Source: Mycobacteriales bacterium
GTDB taxonomy: Bacteria > Actinomycetota > Actinomycetes > Mycobacteriales > SCTD01
Length of the DNA: 64,000 nt
Direction of reading: 5' to 3'
NCBI GenBank assembly: GCA_038235705.1
Contig: JBBSTR010000004.1
Span: forward strand, 133 to 64,132
This document shows, in pieces, positions 10,036 to 20,440 of the stretch. A model generated the notes under the pieces. That model saw only the letters and a list, made by a program, of their open reading frames with translations, was not told the origin of the DNA and ran no database searches. The translations under genes and the position numbers were made by a program. Each line of letters starts with the position of its first letter. Positions within the stretch are counted from its first letter, which is position 1.

Positions 10036-11832
10036 GTGAGCACACCACGACAGCACCTCGCCCCCGTTCTCGCCTGCGCCGCCGGCGCCGTCTCGCACGC
10101 GCACTCGGGCGGGGCTCTCGAACCGGCCGTGCTCCTGCACACGTCGTTGCCGCCGGACGCGGCCGCGCTGGCCGAGCCCGGCACCCGCGTCGACGTCCAT
10201 GCCGACGGCCCGGACGCGCAGACGGTCACGGTCCGCGCCCTCACCGGAGAGCTGGCGCTGTCCTGGCAGGTCCCGCTCGCCCCGCTGGTGGCGGCCCTGC
10301 CGGGACAGCTGGGCGACGACGGCCGGATGGTGCTGCTGGCCGTGGTCGACAACGACCCGGTGGAGGGGTTCTGGGCCCGGCCGGTCGACTGCGCCGACCT
10401 GGCGGCCGAGCTGCCGCTGCCGGTGGCGGACCTGGTCGAGGCGCTGCGCGGGCGCCTCATCCCCTGGTTGATGGGAGACCTGGAGGAGCTCCTGCACCTT
10501 GACGCTCACGACCGCGCGGTCGAGCACTCGCCGGCGCAGACCGTGGCCAACGCGGTCCTCGCCTCCTACCGCGGCGACCTCGAGGCCGAGCAGTCCGCGA
10601 CCCATCTCGTGCGAGCCCTGGTGCACGCTCCCGACGACGTCATGGTGGAGATGGGAGGCCGGCTCTGCGCGGCGCTGGCAACGGCGGTGCGGCTCGCGTC
10701 CCCCGAGGCGGTGTCCAGCGTCCTCGCCCGGACCGGCCCGTTCGAGGGAGAGGCGCTGCGACTGCTGGAGCAGCTGCCGACGGCGCTGCGGGCGGCGCCC
10801 GCCTCGGACCACGTCGAGGTGACCCTGGAACACGTCGTCGCCGGGGAGGACCGCGACGAGTCGGTGCGCGCCGCGGTCGCCGTCACGGCCGGGCTCGCCC
10901 GGGAGGTGCTCGGACCCGACCTGGACGCCGCCCAGGTCCTGCGGCAGCTCGGCATGGTGGACGACGCCGGCCTCGCCCGGCTCGGTGGTGCCTGGGTGCA
11001 GATGGCGCGCGCTGCGTCGCGGCCGGCCGGCGCCGAGGCCGGCGCCGTCGCGGCGGTCGTGACCCTGCTGCGGGCCGAAGGACCGGCCGGGACGCAGTGG
11101 CTGCGCGGGACGGCCTCGGTCCTCGTGCGGCTCACCGAGCAGGTCCTGGGCCGCCAGCGCGGGCGGGCGGCGGCCCCGCTGGAGCTTCTGCAGCGACTGC
11201 TGTCCGACCCGGCCGCCGACCCGACGCCCGAGCACGTCGGCGCGTGCCTCGTTCTCGCCCGCACCGTCCGACAGCGCGGAAGCCTCGGCCCCGGGGTGTG
11301 GTGGACCGGTCGTCCGCGGGCTGCGGCGTCCGCGGTAGGCACGGCGTACGCGGAGCGCCCCGGCCTCTCCCTGGACGACGAGAGCGCGTCCGACCTGCTG
11401 CTGGAGCTGCTCGAGCAGGACGTCTCACCGCCCGAGCTGCTGGACGCGCTGGTGTGCGCCACCTCGCACCTGCTCCTCATGGTCGACCCGGAGGCCGACC
11501 CGGTCCTGCGTACTGCGCAGCTGGCGCAGCTACGTCAGGACCTTCTCCCCGGCGATCGCTGGCTCCTGGACGTCCTGCTGCACGGGGCACCGGAGCACGA
11601 CCCGGTCGCCGCGGACCTGCGTCCGTTGCTCAGCGGTCCGCCCCCCACCGACCCGGACCGGCAGGCCGAGCGGGCAGGCAGGGCCGGCGTCGTCTCGGCC
11701 GGGCTCCGGGTCCTGGCCCGGCTCGGCGGGGAGCTCAGCGAGGAGACCCGGCTACCGGTGGAGGACCTGCTGGGCCTGGTCCTGCCGACCTCGCTCGAGA
11801 CCCACGAGCTGTTCCTCGCCGAGGACGACTGA
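10036..11832 (+). CDS. Hypothetical Leu/Ala-rich, probably all-helical protein (598 aa)
   Basis: Long ORF with host-like GC3 bias filling the gap between neighbouring genes; no recognisable motif; start (GTG 10036) uncertain. Confidence 0.7.
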   Translation: MSTPRQHLAPVLACAAGAVSHAHSGGALEPAVLLHTSLPPDAAALAEPGTRVDVHADGPDAQTVTVRALTGELALSWQVPLAPLVAALPGQLGDDGRMVLLAVVDNDPVEGFWARPVDCADLAAELPLPVADLVEALRGRLIPWLMGDLEELLHLDAHDRAVEHSPAQTVANAVLASYRGDLEAEQSATHLVRALVHAPDDVMVEMGGRLCAALATAVRLASPEAVSSVLARTGPFEGEALRLLEQLPTALRAAPASDHVEVTLEHVVAGEDRDESVRAAVAVTAGLAREVLGPDLDAAQVLRQLGMVDDAGLARLGGAWVQMARAASRPAGAEAGAVAAVVTLLRAEGPAGTQWLRGTASVLVRLTEQVLGRQRGRAAAPLELLQRLLSDPAADPTPEHVGACLVLARTVRQRGSLGPGVWWTGRPRAAASAVGTAYAERPGLSLDDESASDLLLELLEQDVSPPELLDALVCATSHLLLMVDPEADPVLRTAQLAQLRQDLLPGDRWLLDVLLHGAPEHDPVAADLRPLLSGPPPTDPDRQAERAGRAGVVSAGLRVLARLGGELSEETRLPVEDLLGLVLPTSLETHELFLAEDD

Positions 11833-11879
11833 GGCCCGTCGTCCGGTTGGCCGGTGCCTGCCGGGGGCACGGCGATCAG

Positions 11880-12266
11880 GTGAGCACTGCACCCCGCGAG
11901 ATGGTCGCGGAGACCGTCCCGTCGAGCGTCGCGCGGATCAGGCGGTTCGTCGTCGACGCCGCCCGTTCCCACGACCCGGCGATCGACACCGACGTGGTCG
12001 CCCTTCTCGTCAGCGAGCTGGCGACGAACGCGCTGGTCCACGGCGACGGTCAGGTCCGTGTCCGGGTGCTGCCGCGAGACGCAGGCATCCGGGTCGAGGT
12101 CGGCGACGCAAGCCCGCGGGTGCCGGCTCGCCGCACGCCGGACCTGACGGACGAAGGCGGAAGGGGCATCGCCCTGGTCGAGGCGCTCGCAAGTGCCTGG
12201 GGGGTAAAACCGTCGCCGGACCGCGGGAAGACGGTCTGGTTCGAGCTCGATTCCGAGCGCGCCTGA
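11880..12266 (+). CDS. RsbW-like anti-sigma factor / HATPase_c ATP-binding protein
   Basis: LLVSELATNALVHG (N box), VEVGD, EGGRGIALVEALA, WGV...GKTVWFEL. Confidence 0.9.
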   Translation: MSTAPREMVAETVPSSVARIRRFVVDAARSHDPAIDTDVVALLVSELATNALVHGDGQVRVRVLPRDAGIRVEVGDASPRVPARRTPDLTDEGGRGIALVEALASAWGVKPSPDRGKTVWFELDSERA

Positions 12267-12283
12267 GCCAGACCGCCGCTCGC

Positions 12284-13309
12284 CTAGGCCGAGAGCACCA
12301 GCTTGCCGCTGTTGACCCCGCCGAACAGCTGGCGCAGCGTCTCGGGAAAGGCTCGGACGCCACCCTTCACCACGGTCTCGCGGGAGGTCAGCGAACCGTC
12401 GGCGAGCCAGCCGGTCATCTCCTTGAGCGCGTCACCGAAACGGTCGGTGTAGTCGAAGATGACGAACCCCTCCATGCGCGCCCGGTTGACCAGCAGCGAC
12501 ATGTAGTTGGCCGGGCCGGTCATCCCCCCGTCCGCGTTGTACTGGCTGATCGCCCCGCACAGCACGATCCTGCCGTGCATCGCCATCCCCGGCAGGACAG
12601 CGTCCAGGACCGGCCCACCGACGTTGTCGAAGTAGACGTCGACCCGGTCGGGGGCGTGCTCGCGCAGCCCTTTCTTCAGGTCGCCCGCCTTGTAGTCCAG
12701 GCAGGCGTCGAAGCCGAGCTCCTCGACGACCTGCCGGCACTTGTCCTCGCCGCCGGCGATGCCGACGACACGGCATCCTTTGAGCTTGGCGATCTGACCG
12801 ACGACCCCTCCGGTGGCCCCGGCCGCCCCGGACACGACGACCGTCTCGCCCGCCTGCGGCCGACCGATGTCGAGCAGCCCGAAGTAGGCGGTCAGCCCGG
12901 TCATGCCGAGCGTCCCGAGGTAGGTCGGCAGCGGCGCGCGGTCAGGGTCGACCACCTGCAGACCCTTGCCGTCGCTGACCGCCCACTCCTGGACACCGGT
13001 CATCGCGACGACGTGAGCACCTTCGGCGAACCGCTCGTTGCGGCTCTGCACGACCTCGGCGACCACGCCTGCGCGCATCACCTCGCCGATCCCTACCGGC
13101 GGGATGTAGGAACGACCCTCGTTCATCCAGCCGCGCATCGCCGGGTCCAGCGAGATGTACTCCGTCTTGATGAGGATCTCCCCGTCTCCGGGGCTCGGGA
13201 TCGGTTCCTCACGGATGTCCCAGACGTCGTCGGCGGGCAGACCGGTCGGACGACGGGCCAGCCGGACCTGGGTGTTGACAGCAGTGTCAGAGGGCGATGA
13301 AGGGCTCAT
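12284..13309 (-). CDS. NADP-dependent oxidoreductase (CurA/prostaglandin reductase-like MDR)
   Basis: ISLDPAMRGWM, LGMTGLTAYFG, VSGAAGATG, YFDNVGG and CGAISQYN motifs. Confidence 0.93.
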   Translation of the reverse strand: MSPSSPSDTAVNTQVRLARRPTGLPADDVWDIREEPIPSPGDGEILIKTEYISLDPAMRGWMNEGRSYIPPVGIGEVMRAGVVAEVVQSRNERFAEGAHVVAMTGVQEWAVSDGKGLQVVDPDRAPLPTYLGTLGMTGLTAYFGLLDIGRPQAGETVVVSGAAGATGGVVGQIAKLKGCRVVGIAGGEDKCRQVVEELGFDACLDYKAGDLKKGLREHAPDRVDVYFDNVGGPVLDAVLPGMAMHGRIVLCGAISQYNADGGMTGPANYMSLLVNRARMEGFVIFDYTDRFGDALKEMTGWLADGSLTSRETVVKGGVRAFPETLRQLFGGVNSGKLVLSA

Positions 13310-13329
13310 CGCGCCAGCCTGCCACCACG

Positions 13330-14043
13330 TCACTTCTTGAGGCGACGACTCCCCCCGTGCCAGTCCTCGGTGCTGCCGCCCGTGCCCGCCGGAACCCCGA
13401 ACGCCGGCAGCTGCGGTCGCTCCCGCAGGCTGCGCTTCAGCTCGGCAAACCCTGGGAACGTGGCCAGCGCGACGACGTGGTCCCACAGCTCGACTGCTTC
13501 GGCATCGCTGGGGAGCCGGCTGATCACCGGTCCGAAGAAGGCCAGCCCGTCCGGCGGGGCAAGGTGCAGGATGGGCGTGCCGACGTCCTTGCCGGTGAGG
13601 GCGAGCGCGGCGTCGGTCTCGGCCTGGATCTCGGCGTCCCAGCCTGCGTCCGTCCGCGCGGCCGCCAGCTGCTCGGGCAGCCCGGCCTCGGCCAGCGCGT
13701 CCCGGGCGAGCACGTCGAACGTCTCCGGCGAGGGCTGCTTCTCGACCTCGAAGATGCGCGTGCCCATGGCCTGGTAGAGCGGGCCGACGGCGTCCGACCC
13801 GTGCTCGGCGCGCACAGCCGCCGCCACCCTGAGCAGGTGCAGGCCGCTGGTGTGGCCTGCGTCGTAGCCCGCCGGGAAGTGGGTCTCGTAGTCGAGGTGG
13901 CTGTTGAGCTGGCGCAGGCTGATGAACCGCCATTCGACCCGGTAGTCGCGCTGCGCCGCGACCAGACGGACCCACTTGCTGGTCATCCAGGCGAACGGGC
14001 ACACCGGGTCGAAGTAGAAGTGCAGGTCTGCCGTCTGCGTCAT
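13330..14043 (-). CDS. DsbA-fold protein, Rv2466c-like mycothiol-dependent reductase
   Basis: FYFDPVCPFAWMTSKW; DVGTP; FFGPVISR; FAELKR. Confidence 0.85.
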   Translation of the reverse strand: MTQTADLHFYFDPVCPFAWMTSKWVRLVAAQRDYRVEWRFISLRQLNSHLDYETHFPAGYDAGHTSGLHLLRVAAAVRAEHGSDAVGPLYQAMGTRIFEVEKQPSPETFDVLARDALAEAGLPEQLAAARTDAGWDAEIQAETDAALALTGKDVGTPILHLAPPDGLAFFGPVISRLPSDAEAVELWDHVVALATFPGFAELKRSLRERPQLPAFGVPAGTGGSTEDWHGGSRRLKK

Positions 14044-14079
14044 AGCCAGGTCAACCCGTGAGCGGCCCCGGGCAGTCCC

Positions 14080-14589
14080 TCACAGCCGCGTCCGGCGGTC
14101 CTCGATGGCGGTAAGGACCGTCTTGCGCGCCCTTCCGTGGCGCATCTCGCCCTTCTCCGCGCGCTTCAGGGTTGGACGGTCCATCTCCGCGACGAGCCGG
14201 CGGGCCTCCGGAGCGTTCGCCGAGACTGCCTCCGCCGCCGTGCGCGCCTGCCGCGCCGCCTTGGTGTTGTCGACGTGCTGCTGCCGTCCTTTGCTCTTCT
14301 GCGCGTTGGTCGCCTCGCGCTCCTTCTTGGTCAGCACCTGCCACGCGAGCTTCGGCAGGTAGCGCTCACCACCGCAGTCCTGCCACTGTTGCTCACCCCA
14401 CGAGCTGAGGTGCTTCTGCCGCTCGCCCTTCTCCCCGCGATAGCCACCGCCGGCCTTCTCATACCTGTTCACCAGCAGCTGGGCCTTGCGGGCCGACCAC
14501 TGACCCTTCTTGCCGCCCTTCGTGCCCGCCTGCAGCTCGTCCTTGAGCCGAGCTCGCAGCTTCGGCTTCGTGTAGGTGTTCTTCGCCAT
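14080..14589 (-). CDS. Basic conserved hypothetical protein (DUF5872-like)
   Basis: YTKPKLR...KGGKKGQWSARKAQLL..YEKAGGGY and RYLP motifs; ATG at 14589. Confidence 0.75.
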   Translation of the reverse strand: MAKNTYTKPKLRARLKDELQAGTKGGKKGQWSARKAQLLVNRYEKAGGGYRGEKGERQKHLSSWGEQQWQDCGGERYLPKLAWQVLTKKEREATNAQKSKGRQQHVDNTKAARQARTAAEAVSANAPEARRLVAEMDRPTLKRAEKGEMRHGRARKTVLTAIEDRRTRL

Positions 14590-14617
14590 GCTTGCGCTGT
14601 CTCCTCGGCAGTGCGAC

Positions 14618-15904
14618 CTAGTCGGGGAAGCCGGACTCGGCTGCGTCCACGAGCCCGAGCTGCGCGACCGACCGGGCGGTGACGGCATCGATCAACCAGT
14701 CTGCGCCGACGCCGAGCCGGTTGGCCGCTCTCGGGAGCGCGACCAGGTGGTAGCCCCGGGTGACCGCCTTGGCGGGCAGGCCGGACAGGTGCAGACCCAG
14801 CGGGTCCGCGACGGCGTAGCCGGGCCCGAGGTCGACGACCAGCCCGAGGTCATGGTGCTTGTAGTCCTTCGCCGTCCCCGCCCCCAGGCTGGCCGCGACG
14901 TTGCGGGCGAGCGCGTGGCCCTGGCGCAGAGCGTGCTGGGCGGTCGGCGGAGTGATCTTGCCGGGGTTCGCGAGGTCGGGGACCGCGGCCACGTCACCGC
15001 CGGAGAACAGCCAGGGGTGGCCGGGGACCGTCAGGTCGGCCTGCACCACGAGCCGACCCTTCTCGGTCGGCAGTCCGAGCGCGGCGACGAGCGGGTTGGG
15101 CGCGACGCCGGCGACCCAGACGACGATGCGGGTGTCGACCCGGCTGCCGTCGGTGAGCACGACGTGATCGGCCTCGACCTTCTTCAGGCTGGTGCCGAGC
15201 CGGACGTCGATGCCCCGGGCCTTCAGCACCTCGAGCGCGCGGTCGCCCAGGGTCGTGCCCACCTCGGGCATGACCTGGTCGGCCACGTCGAGCAGCAGGA
15301 ACGTAACGTCCTGATCACGGATCGACAGGTTGCGGCAGGCGACGTCGGCGAGCGCCCGAAGCTGCGCGACCAGCTCGGTCCCGGCGTACGAGGCCCCGAC
15401 CACGACGACCGTACGACGCCCCCGGCGGGCCGCCTCGTCGGTCTCGTAGCGCGAGCGCTCCAGCTCGCGCAGCAGCTGGTCGTGCAGGTAGAGCGCCTCG
15501 GCGACGGTCTTCAGCCCGCGGGCGTGCTCCTCGAGCCCGGGGACGTCCATCACCTTGGTCACCGAGCCGGGGGTGAAGACCAGCCGGTCGAAGGCCTGCG
15601 TCCGGCTGGGATGACCCTCGACGTCGATGCAGGCAGTCTTCGCCGCCACGTCGATCTCGGTGACGGTGCCGTTGACCAGGCGCACACCGGGCAGGCCCTG
15701 CGCGAGCGGCACGGCGACCCGGCTCGGGTTGACGACCCCGCCCGCCACGTCGGCCAGCAGCGGCGTGTAGAGGTGGTAGTCCTGGGGCGCAGCCAGCACG
15801 ACCTCGGCGCGGACGCCCTTTCTGGCGAGCCTGCGCGGCAGCTTCTGGGCGCACCCGAAGCCTGCGAAGCCGGCACCGATGACCAGGACGGTGGGATCAG
15901 TCAT
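14618..15904 (-). CDS. Type II NADH dehydrogenase-like FAD-dependent oxidoreductase
   Basis: VIGAGFAG, YTPLL, second dinucleotide motif VVVGASYAGTE, GGDVAAVP and PPTAQHA. Confidence 0.88.
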   Translation of the reverse strand: MTDPTVLVIGAGFAGFGCAQKLPRRLARKGVRAEVVLAAPQDYHLYTPLLADVAGGVVNPSRVAVPLAQGLPGVRLVNGTVTEIDVAAKTACIDVEGHPSRTQAFDRLVFTPGSVTKVMDVPGLEEHARGLKTVAEALYLHDQLLRELERSRYETDEAARRGRRTVVVVGASYAGTELVAQLRALADVACRNLSIRDQDVTFLLLDVADQVMPEVGTTLGDRALEVLKARGIDVRLGTSLKKVEADHVVLTDGSRVDTRIVVWVAGVAPNPLVAALGLPTEKGRLVVQADLTVPGHPWLFSGGDVAAVPDLANPGKITPPTAQHALRQGHALARNVAASLGAGTAKDYKHHDLGLVVDLGPGYAVADPLGLHLSGLPAKAVTRGYHLVALPRAANRLGVGADWLIDAVTARSVAQLGLVDAAESGFPD

Positions 15905-15958
15905 GACTCGGCTCTGCCCAGCACGGGACGGACGCACCCGACCGGGTAAGACGTCGTC

Positions 15959-16573
15959 ATGGACCTCACCCGCTTCGGCCACTCCTGCGTGCTCGTCGAG
16001 GACGGCGGCGGCCGCGTGCTGCTCGACCCGGGAACGTTCAGCAGCGGTTTCGAGAGCCTCCGCGACCTGACCGCGGTCCTGATCACGCACCAGCACGCGG
16101 ACCACCTCGACGCTCCGCGCGTCGCAGCCCTGCTGGAGGCGAACCCGGACGCCGCCCTCTACCTTGACGCGGGTTCGGCCGAGCAGGTCGACCTGCCGCA
16201 CACCGTGGTCGAGGCTGGCTCACGCTTCGACGTGGGGACCTCGATCCAGGTGTTCGGCTCTCAGCACGCCGTGATCCACCCGGACATCCCGATGGTGCCC
16301 AACGTCGGCTATCTCGTCGGGGGCAGGTTCTTCACGCCGGGTGACGCGTTCACCGTGCCGGATGCGGACGTCGAGGTGCTGGGCGTCCCGGTCGCCGCTC
16401 CGTGGCAGAAGCTGTCCGAGGCGGTCGACTACCTGCGGGCAGTCTCTCCGGGACGCGCGTTCCCGGTGCACGACGGCATTCTTGCGAGCCCGCCGATGTA
16501 CTGGGGGTACCTCGAGCGGCTCGGCCGGGCCCGCTTCGATGCGCTCGAGCCCAGCGCCACCCTCAGCGTCTGA
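15959..16573 (+). CDS. Metallo-beta-lactamase-fold hydrolase
   Basis: GHSCV, LDPG, ITHQHADH, PGD and PVHD motifs. Confidence 0.9.
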   Translation: MDLTRFGHSCVLVEDGGGRVLLDPGTFSSGFESLRDLTAVLITHQHADHLDAPRVAALLEANPDAALYLDAGSAEQVDLPHTVVEAGSRFDVGTSIQVFGSQHAVIHPDIPMVPNVGYLVGGRFFTPGDAFTVPDADVEVLGVPVAAPWQKLSEAVDYLRAVSPGRAFPVHDGILASPPMYWGYLERLGRARFDALEPSATLSV

Positions 16574-17879
16574 CCAGGCCCTGGAGCAGGAGTGCTTCGG
16601 CGGTGCAGGCGCGTTCCCACATCGCCAGGTGCAGGCTCTCGTCGATGCCGTGCCAGCGCGACGCCGGGTCACCCACCCCGGTGACCAGGACGGTGGCGCC
16701 CGGGAAGGTGCGGGCGAACTCGGCGATGAACGGGATGGAGCCACCGATGCCCGCCTCGACCGCTTCATTACCGTATGCCTGCGCAAAGACGTCCCGCGCC
16801 AGGTCGTAGACCGGGCCGGCGGCCTGCAGCGCGTACGGCTCGCCCGCCGACCCTTCGGAGAGCGTGACCTCGGCGCCCCAGGGTGCGTGCGCGTGCAGGT
16901 GCTCGACCAGCCGGGCCTGCGCGTTCTCGGCGGTGTCGCCCGGCGCTATCCGCAGGCTGACCTTTGCGCTGGCGACCGGCAGCAGCACGTTCGAGGCGTC
17001 GCCGGTCGACGGGGCGTCCATCCCCAGGACCGAGATCGCCGGCGTGTGCCACAAGCGGTCGGGCAGCGAGCCGGAGCCGAGCAGGTCCACCCCGTCGAGC
17101 AGCCCGACGTCGCCGCGCAGCTCCGCCTCGCCCGGGTCGGGCACGTCCGAGGTCGAGCGGTGAAGCCCCTCGACCGCCACCTCACCCTCCGCGGTGTGCA
17201 GCGTGGCGAGCAGCCGGCACAGCGCGGTGAGCGCGTCCGGGGCGGGCCCGCCGTACAAGCCGGAGTGCACCGCCCGGGTCGCCGTCCGCACGGTGACCGT
17301 CGTGTCCACCAGCCCGCGAAGGCTCGTCGTGAACGCCGGTACGTCGACCGCGGCGTTGGCCGAGTCGGCGATGACGATGACGTCGGCGCGCAGGTCGTCC
17401 CGGTGGGCTGAGAGCAGCGCGGAGAGGGTCGGCGAGCCGATCTCCTCCTCGCCCTCGACAAAGAGCGTCACGCCGACCGGCGGGCGACCCTGGAACGCGC
17501 GAAGCACCGCCAGGTGCATCATGACGCCGGCCTTGTCGTCAGCGGCGCCTCGTCCGTACAACCGACCGTCGCGCTCGGTGGCGACGAAAGGGTCGGAGCT
17601 CCACTGCTCCCGCGGTCCGGTGGGTTGCACGTCGGCGTGCGCGTACAGCAGGACGGTCGGCTGCCCGTCGGGCGCCGGCCAGCGAGCGATCACCGCGGGT
17701 GCGCCGCCGGCGTCGACCACGTCGACGGACGCTGCGCCGGCGTCACGGGCATGGCCGGCCACCAGCTCGACGGCGCGCCGAACGTCCCCGGTGCGAGCGG
17801 GGTCGGCCGAGATCGACGGCACCGCGACCAGCGACTCGAGGTCGGTGCGGGCAGCTGGCATGACACGGCTGACATCCAT
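16563..17879 (-). CDS. M20/M25/M40 family dipeptidase
   Basis: YAHADVQP, GRGAADDKAG, EGEEEIGS, GGSIP and HGIDES motifs. Confidence 0.93.
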   Translation of the reverse strand: MDVSRVMPAARTDLESLVAVPSISADPARTGDVRRAVELVAGHARDAGAASVDVVDAGGAPAVIARWPAPDGQPTVLLYAHADVQPTGPREQWSSDPFVATERDGRLYGRGAADDKAGVMMHLAVLRAFQGRPPVGVTLFVEGEEEIGSPTLSALLSAHRDDLRADVIVIADSANAAVDVPAFTTSLRGLVDTTVTVRTATRAVHSGLYGGPAPDALTALCRLLATLHTAEGEVAVEGLHRSTSDVPDPGEAELRGDVGLLDGVDLLGSGSLPDRLWHTPAISVLGMDAPSTGDASNVLLPVASAKVSLRIAPGDTAENAQARLVEHLHAHAPWGAEVTLSEGSAGEPYALQAAGPVYDLARDVFAQAYGNEAVEAGIGGSIPFIAEFARTFPGATVLVTGVGDPASRWHGIDESLHLAMWERACTAEALLLQGLVRR

Positions 17880-17902
17880 CCCTCAGGTCTACCGTCTGCA
17901 CC

Positions 17903-19096
17903 GTGCGTTTCACTCCCTCGGACCCCGCGTTCGTCGCCGACCCCTACCCGGCCTACGCAGAGCTGCGGGCCGGACAGGCCGTGACGGTGCAGGACGACCG
18001 CTGGCTGGTCCCCTGCTTCGCCGACGTCGACGCGCTGCTGCGCGACCGTCGGCTCGGCCGCAGCTATCTGCACGTCGCGACGCATGCCGAGATGGGCCGG
18101 CCGGAGGACCCACCCGGGCTCGCGCCGTTCTGGCGCGTCGTCCGCGCAGGGATGCTCGACGTGGAACCGCCCGACCACACCCGGCTGCGCCGCCTGGTGA
18201 GCAAGGCGTTCACGCCACGGCGCGTCGAGGGGATGCGCGAGGGTGTGCAGGCGCAGGTCGACCGGCTCGTCGACCCGCTGGTCGGGGCGGGTGAGGTCGA
18301 TCTGATCAGCACGCTCGCCGAGCCGCTGCCGGTCGCGGTCATCGCCGACCTGCTGGGGGTCCCGGAGAGCGACCGGCAGCTGCTGCGGCCGTGGTCTGCG
18401 CAGATCTGCGGGATGTACGAGCTGGACCCCGGACCCGAGACGCATGCCACCGCCGTTCGGGCCTGCGAAGAGTTTGGCGACTACCTCGTCGCGCTTTCCC
18501 GCGAACGGCGCAAGCACCCGACCGACGACCTGCTCAGCGGCCTCACGCAGGTCGTCGACGAAGGGGACCGGCTGACCGAGGACGAGCTGGTCGGGACCTG
18601 CGTGCTGCTGCTCAACGCCGGCCACGAGGCCACCGTCGGCGTCACCGGGCTCGGTTGGCACAGCCTGTTCCGTCACCCCGAGCAGCTCGACCGGATGCGC
18701 GACGACCCGTCACTGGTACCCACCGCGGTCGAGGAGCTGATGCGCTTCGACACCCCGCTGCAGATGTTCGAGCGCTGGGTGCTGGAGGACCTGGAGGTGG
18801 GCGGTGTCCACGTCCCGCGCGGCACCGAGCTGTCGCTGCTGTTCGGCAGCGCAAACCGCGACCCCGACGTCTTCGAGCACCCGGACACCCTCGACGTCGG
18901 CCGTTCGCTCAACCCGCACCTGTCGTTCGGCGCCGGCACCCACTTCTGCCTCGGCGCTGTGCTGGCACGGCTGGAGCTGCAGACCTCGTTCGCGACCGTC
19001 CTGGAACGCCTGCCGAGGCTCGAGCCCGCAGGTGACCCCGTCTGGCAGACCGGCTACGTCGTCCGTGGCCTCGCGACCCTGCCGGTCCGCGCCTGA
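17903..19096 (+). CDS. Cytochrome P450
   Basis: PPDHTRLR, NAGHEAT (I helix), EELMR (ExxR) and HLSFGAGTHFCLG heme-thiolate motif. Confidence 0.96.
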   Translation: MRFTPSDPAFVADPYPAYAELRAGQAVTVQDDRWLVPCFADVDALLRDRRLGRSYLHVATHAEMGRPEDPPGLAPFWRVVRAGMLDVEPPDHTRLRRLVSKAFTPRRVEGMREGVQAQVDRLVDPLVGAGEVDLISTLAEPLPVAVIADLLGVPESDRQLLRPWSAQICGMYELDPGPETHATAVRACEEFGDYLVALSRERRKHPTDDLLSGLTQVVDEGDRLTEDELVGTCVLLLNAGHEATVGVTGLGWHSLFRHPEQLDRMRDDPSLVPTAVEELMRFDTPLQMFERWVLEDLEVGGVHVPRGTELSLLFGSANRDPDVFEHPDTLDVGRSLNPHLSFGAGTHFCLGAVLARLELQTSFATVLERLPRLEPAGDPVWQTGYVVRGLATLPVRA

Positions 19097-19112
19097 CACC
19101 TAGAGTCGTCCG

Positions 19113-20405
19113 GTGGCCCGTGCTCCGAGAAGAACTGAGCCGGTGCACTCGGCGAGCGATCCGGTCGATCCTTCGTACGCGCAGTCGCTGGTCACGCTCC
19201 TGTCGGTCATCGTCGCGATCGATTACGCGGACCGCAGCGCGCTGGGGGCCGTCGCCCCCGGTCTGAAGGACGACCTCGGGATCAGCACCGCCCAGCTCGG
19301 CATCCTCGGCGGGTCCTTCGGTCTGGTCGGCGGGGTGTCCACCCTGGTCGCGGGTGCCTTCGTCGACCGCATCCCACGGCTTCGGCTGCTGGGCCTGTCC
19401 GCACTGGCGTGGTCGGTTGCCATGCTCGCCACCGGTCTCGCCCAGGACTTCGTGTGGCTGCTGGTCGCACGCAGCGCCCTCGCCGTCGTGCTTGCGACGG
19501 TGGGACCGTCCTACCCGTCGCTCGTGGGCGACCTGTTCACCCCTGCGAAGCGCACGGTGGCCTTCGGCCGCATCGCCGTCGGGCAGCTGGCAGGAGGCGC
19601 GGTCGGCGTCGCCATCGGTGCGCTCGCGGTGGCCGTGTTCGACTGGCGGGCCGCGTTCCTGCTCCTCACGGTCCCGGCGCTGTTCGTCGCCGTGCGACTG
19701 CTGCGCAGCCCCGAACCGCCCCGCCGGGGCACCGGCCACGACGACCCGGTCGGTTGGGGCGTCGTGGTGCGCACGACGCTCCGGACACCGACCGTGCTGC
19801 GTGTGCTGCTCTCGGGCAGCATCGGTGCCTACTACCTCGCGGGCGCGTCGGCCTTCTCTGTGCTGTTCGCGGTGGCGCACTACGGCGTCAGCAACCTTGT
19901 CGCGGACCTTGCCCTGATCGCCCTCGGCATCGGTGCCGTGCTGGGCATCCGCTTCGGCAGCCGGCTCTCGGACGCCCTGTCGGACCAGGGCCGGGCTTCC
20001 CGGCGACTGACCCGAGCCGCCCAGGGCTACGCGATCACCGCGGTCGCCTGGCTGCCAGCCCTGATCGTCACCGAGATCTGGCTGGCCCTGCCGTTCCTGG
20101 TCCTCGGGAGCGCGGCGCTGGCGGCCACCATCCCGGTGCTCGACGCGGTCCGGATCGACACGGTCGCGCCCCCGATGCGCGGGCGCGTCGAAGCGTTCCG
20201 GACGTTGCTGAAGGCCCTCGTGGAGGGCGGGGCACCGCTGGCCTTCGGGCTCATCACGGACGCGGTCGGCAACGACGACCAGGGGCTGCAGCTCAGCTTT
20301 CTCATCGCGCTGCCGAGCCTGCTGCTCGCCGGCCTCGTGCTGCGTGCCGCGGCGAAGAGCTACGACGGGGACCGCGCCCGGGTGCTGGCGATGGACCACG
20401 TCTGA
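19113..20405 (+). CDS. MFS transporter
   Basis: About 12 hydrophobic segments; DYADR and GAFVDRIPRLR motif A. Confidence 0.88.
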   Translation: MARAPRRTEPVHSASDPVDPSYAQSLVTLLSVIVAIDYADRSALGAVAPGLKDDLGISTAQLGILGGSFGLVGGVSTLVAGAFVDRIPRLRLLGLSALAWSVAMLATGLAQDFVWLLVARSALAVVLATVGPSYPSLVGDLFTPAKRTVAFGRIAVGQLAGGAVGVAIGALAVAVFDWRAAFLLLTVPALFVAVRLLRSPEPPRRGTGHDDPVGWGVVVRTTLRTPTVLRVLLSGSIGAYYLAGASAFSVLFAVAHYGVSNLVADLALIALGIGAVLGIRFGSRLSDALSDQGRASRRLTRAAQGYAITAVAWLPALIVTEIWLALPFLVLGSAALAATIPVLDAVRIDTVAPPMRGRVEAFRTLLKALVEGGAPLAFGLITDAVGNDDQGLQLSFLIALPSLLLAGLVLRAAAKSYDGDRARVLAMDHV

Positions 20406-20440
20406 TCTTTGTCTCCCCTCTTGTGGGAAGGAAAGACGGC

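Noticed and set aside
10036..11832. Complete absence of lysine in the 598-aa orphan as pupylation evasion
   Set aside because: Other proteins here (8935-9975, 60707-61276) are also lysine-free, consistent with extreme GC bias.
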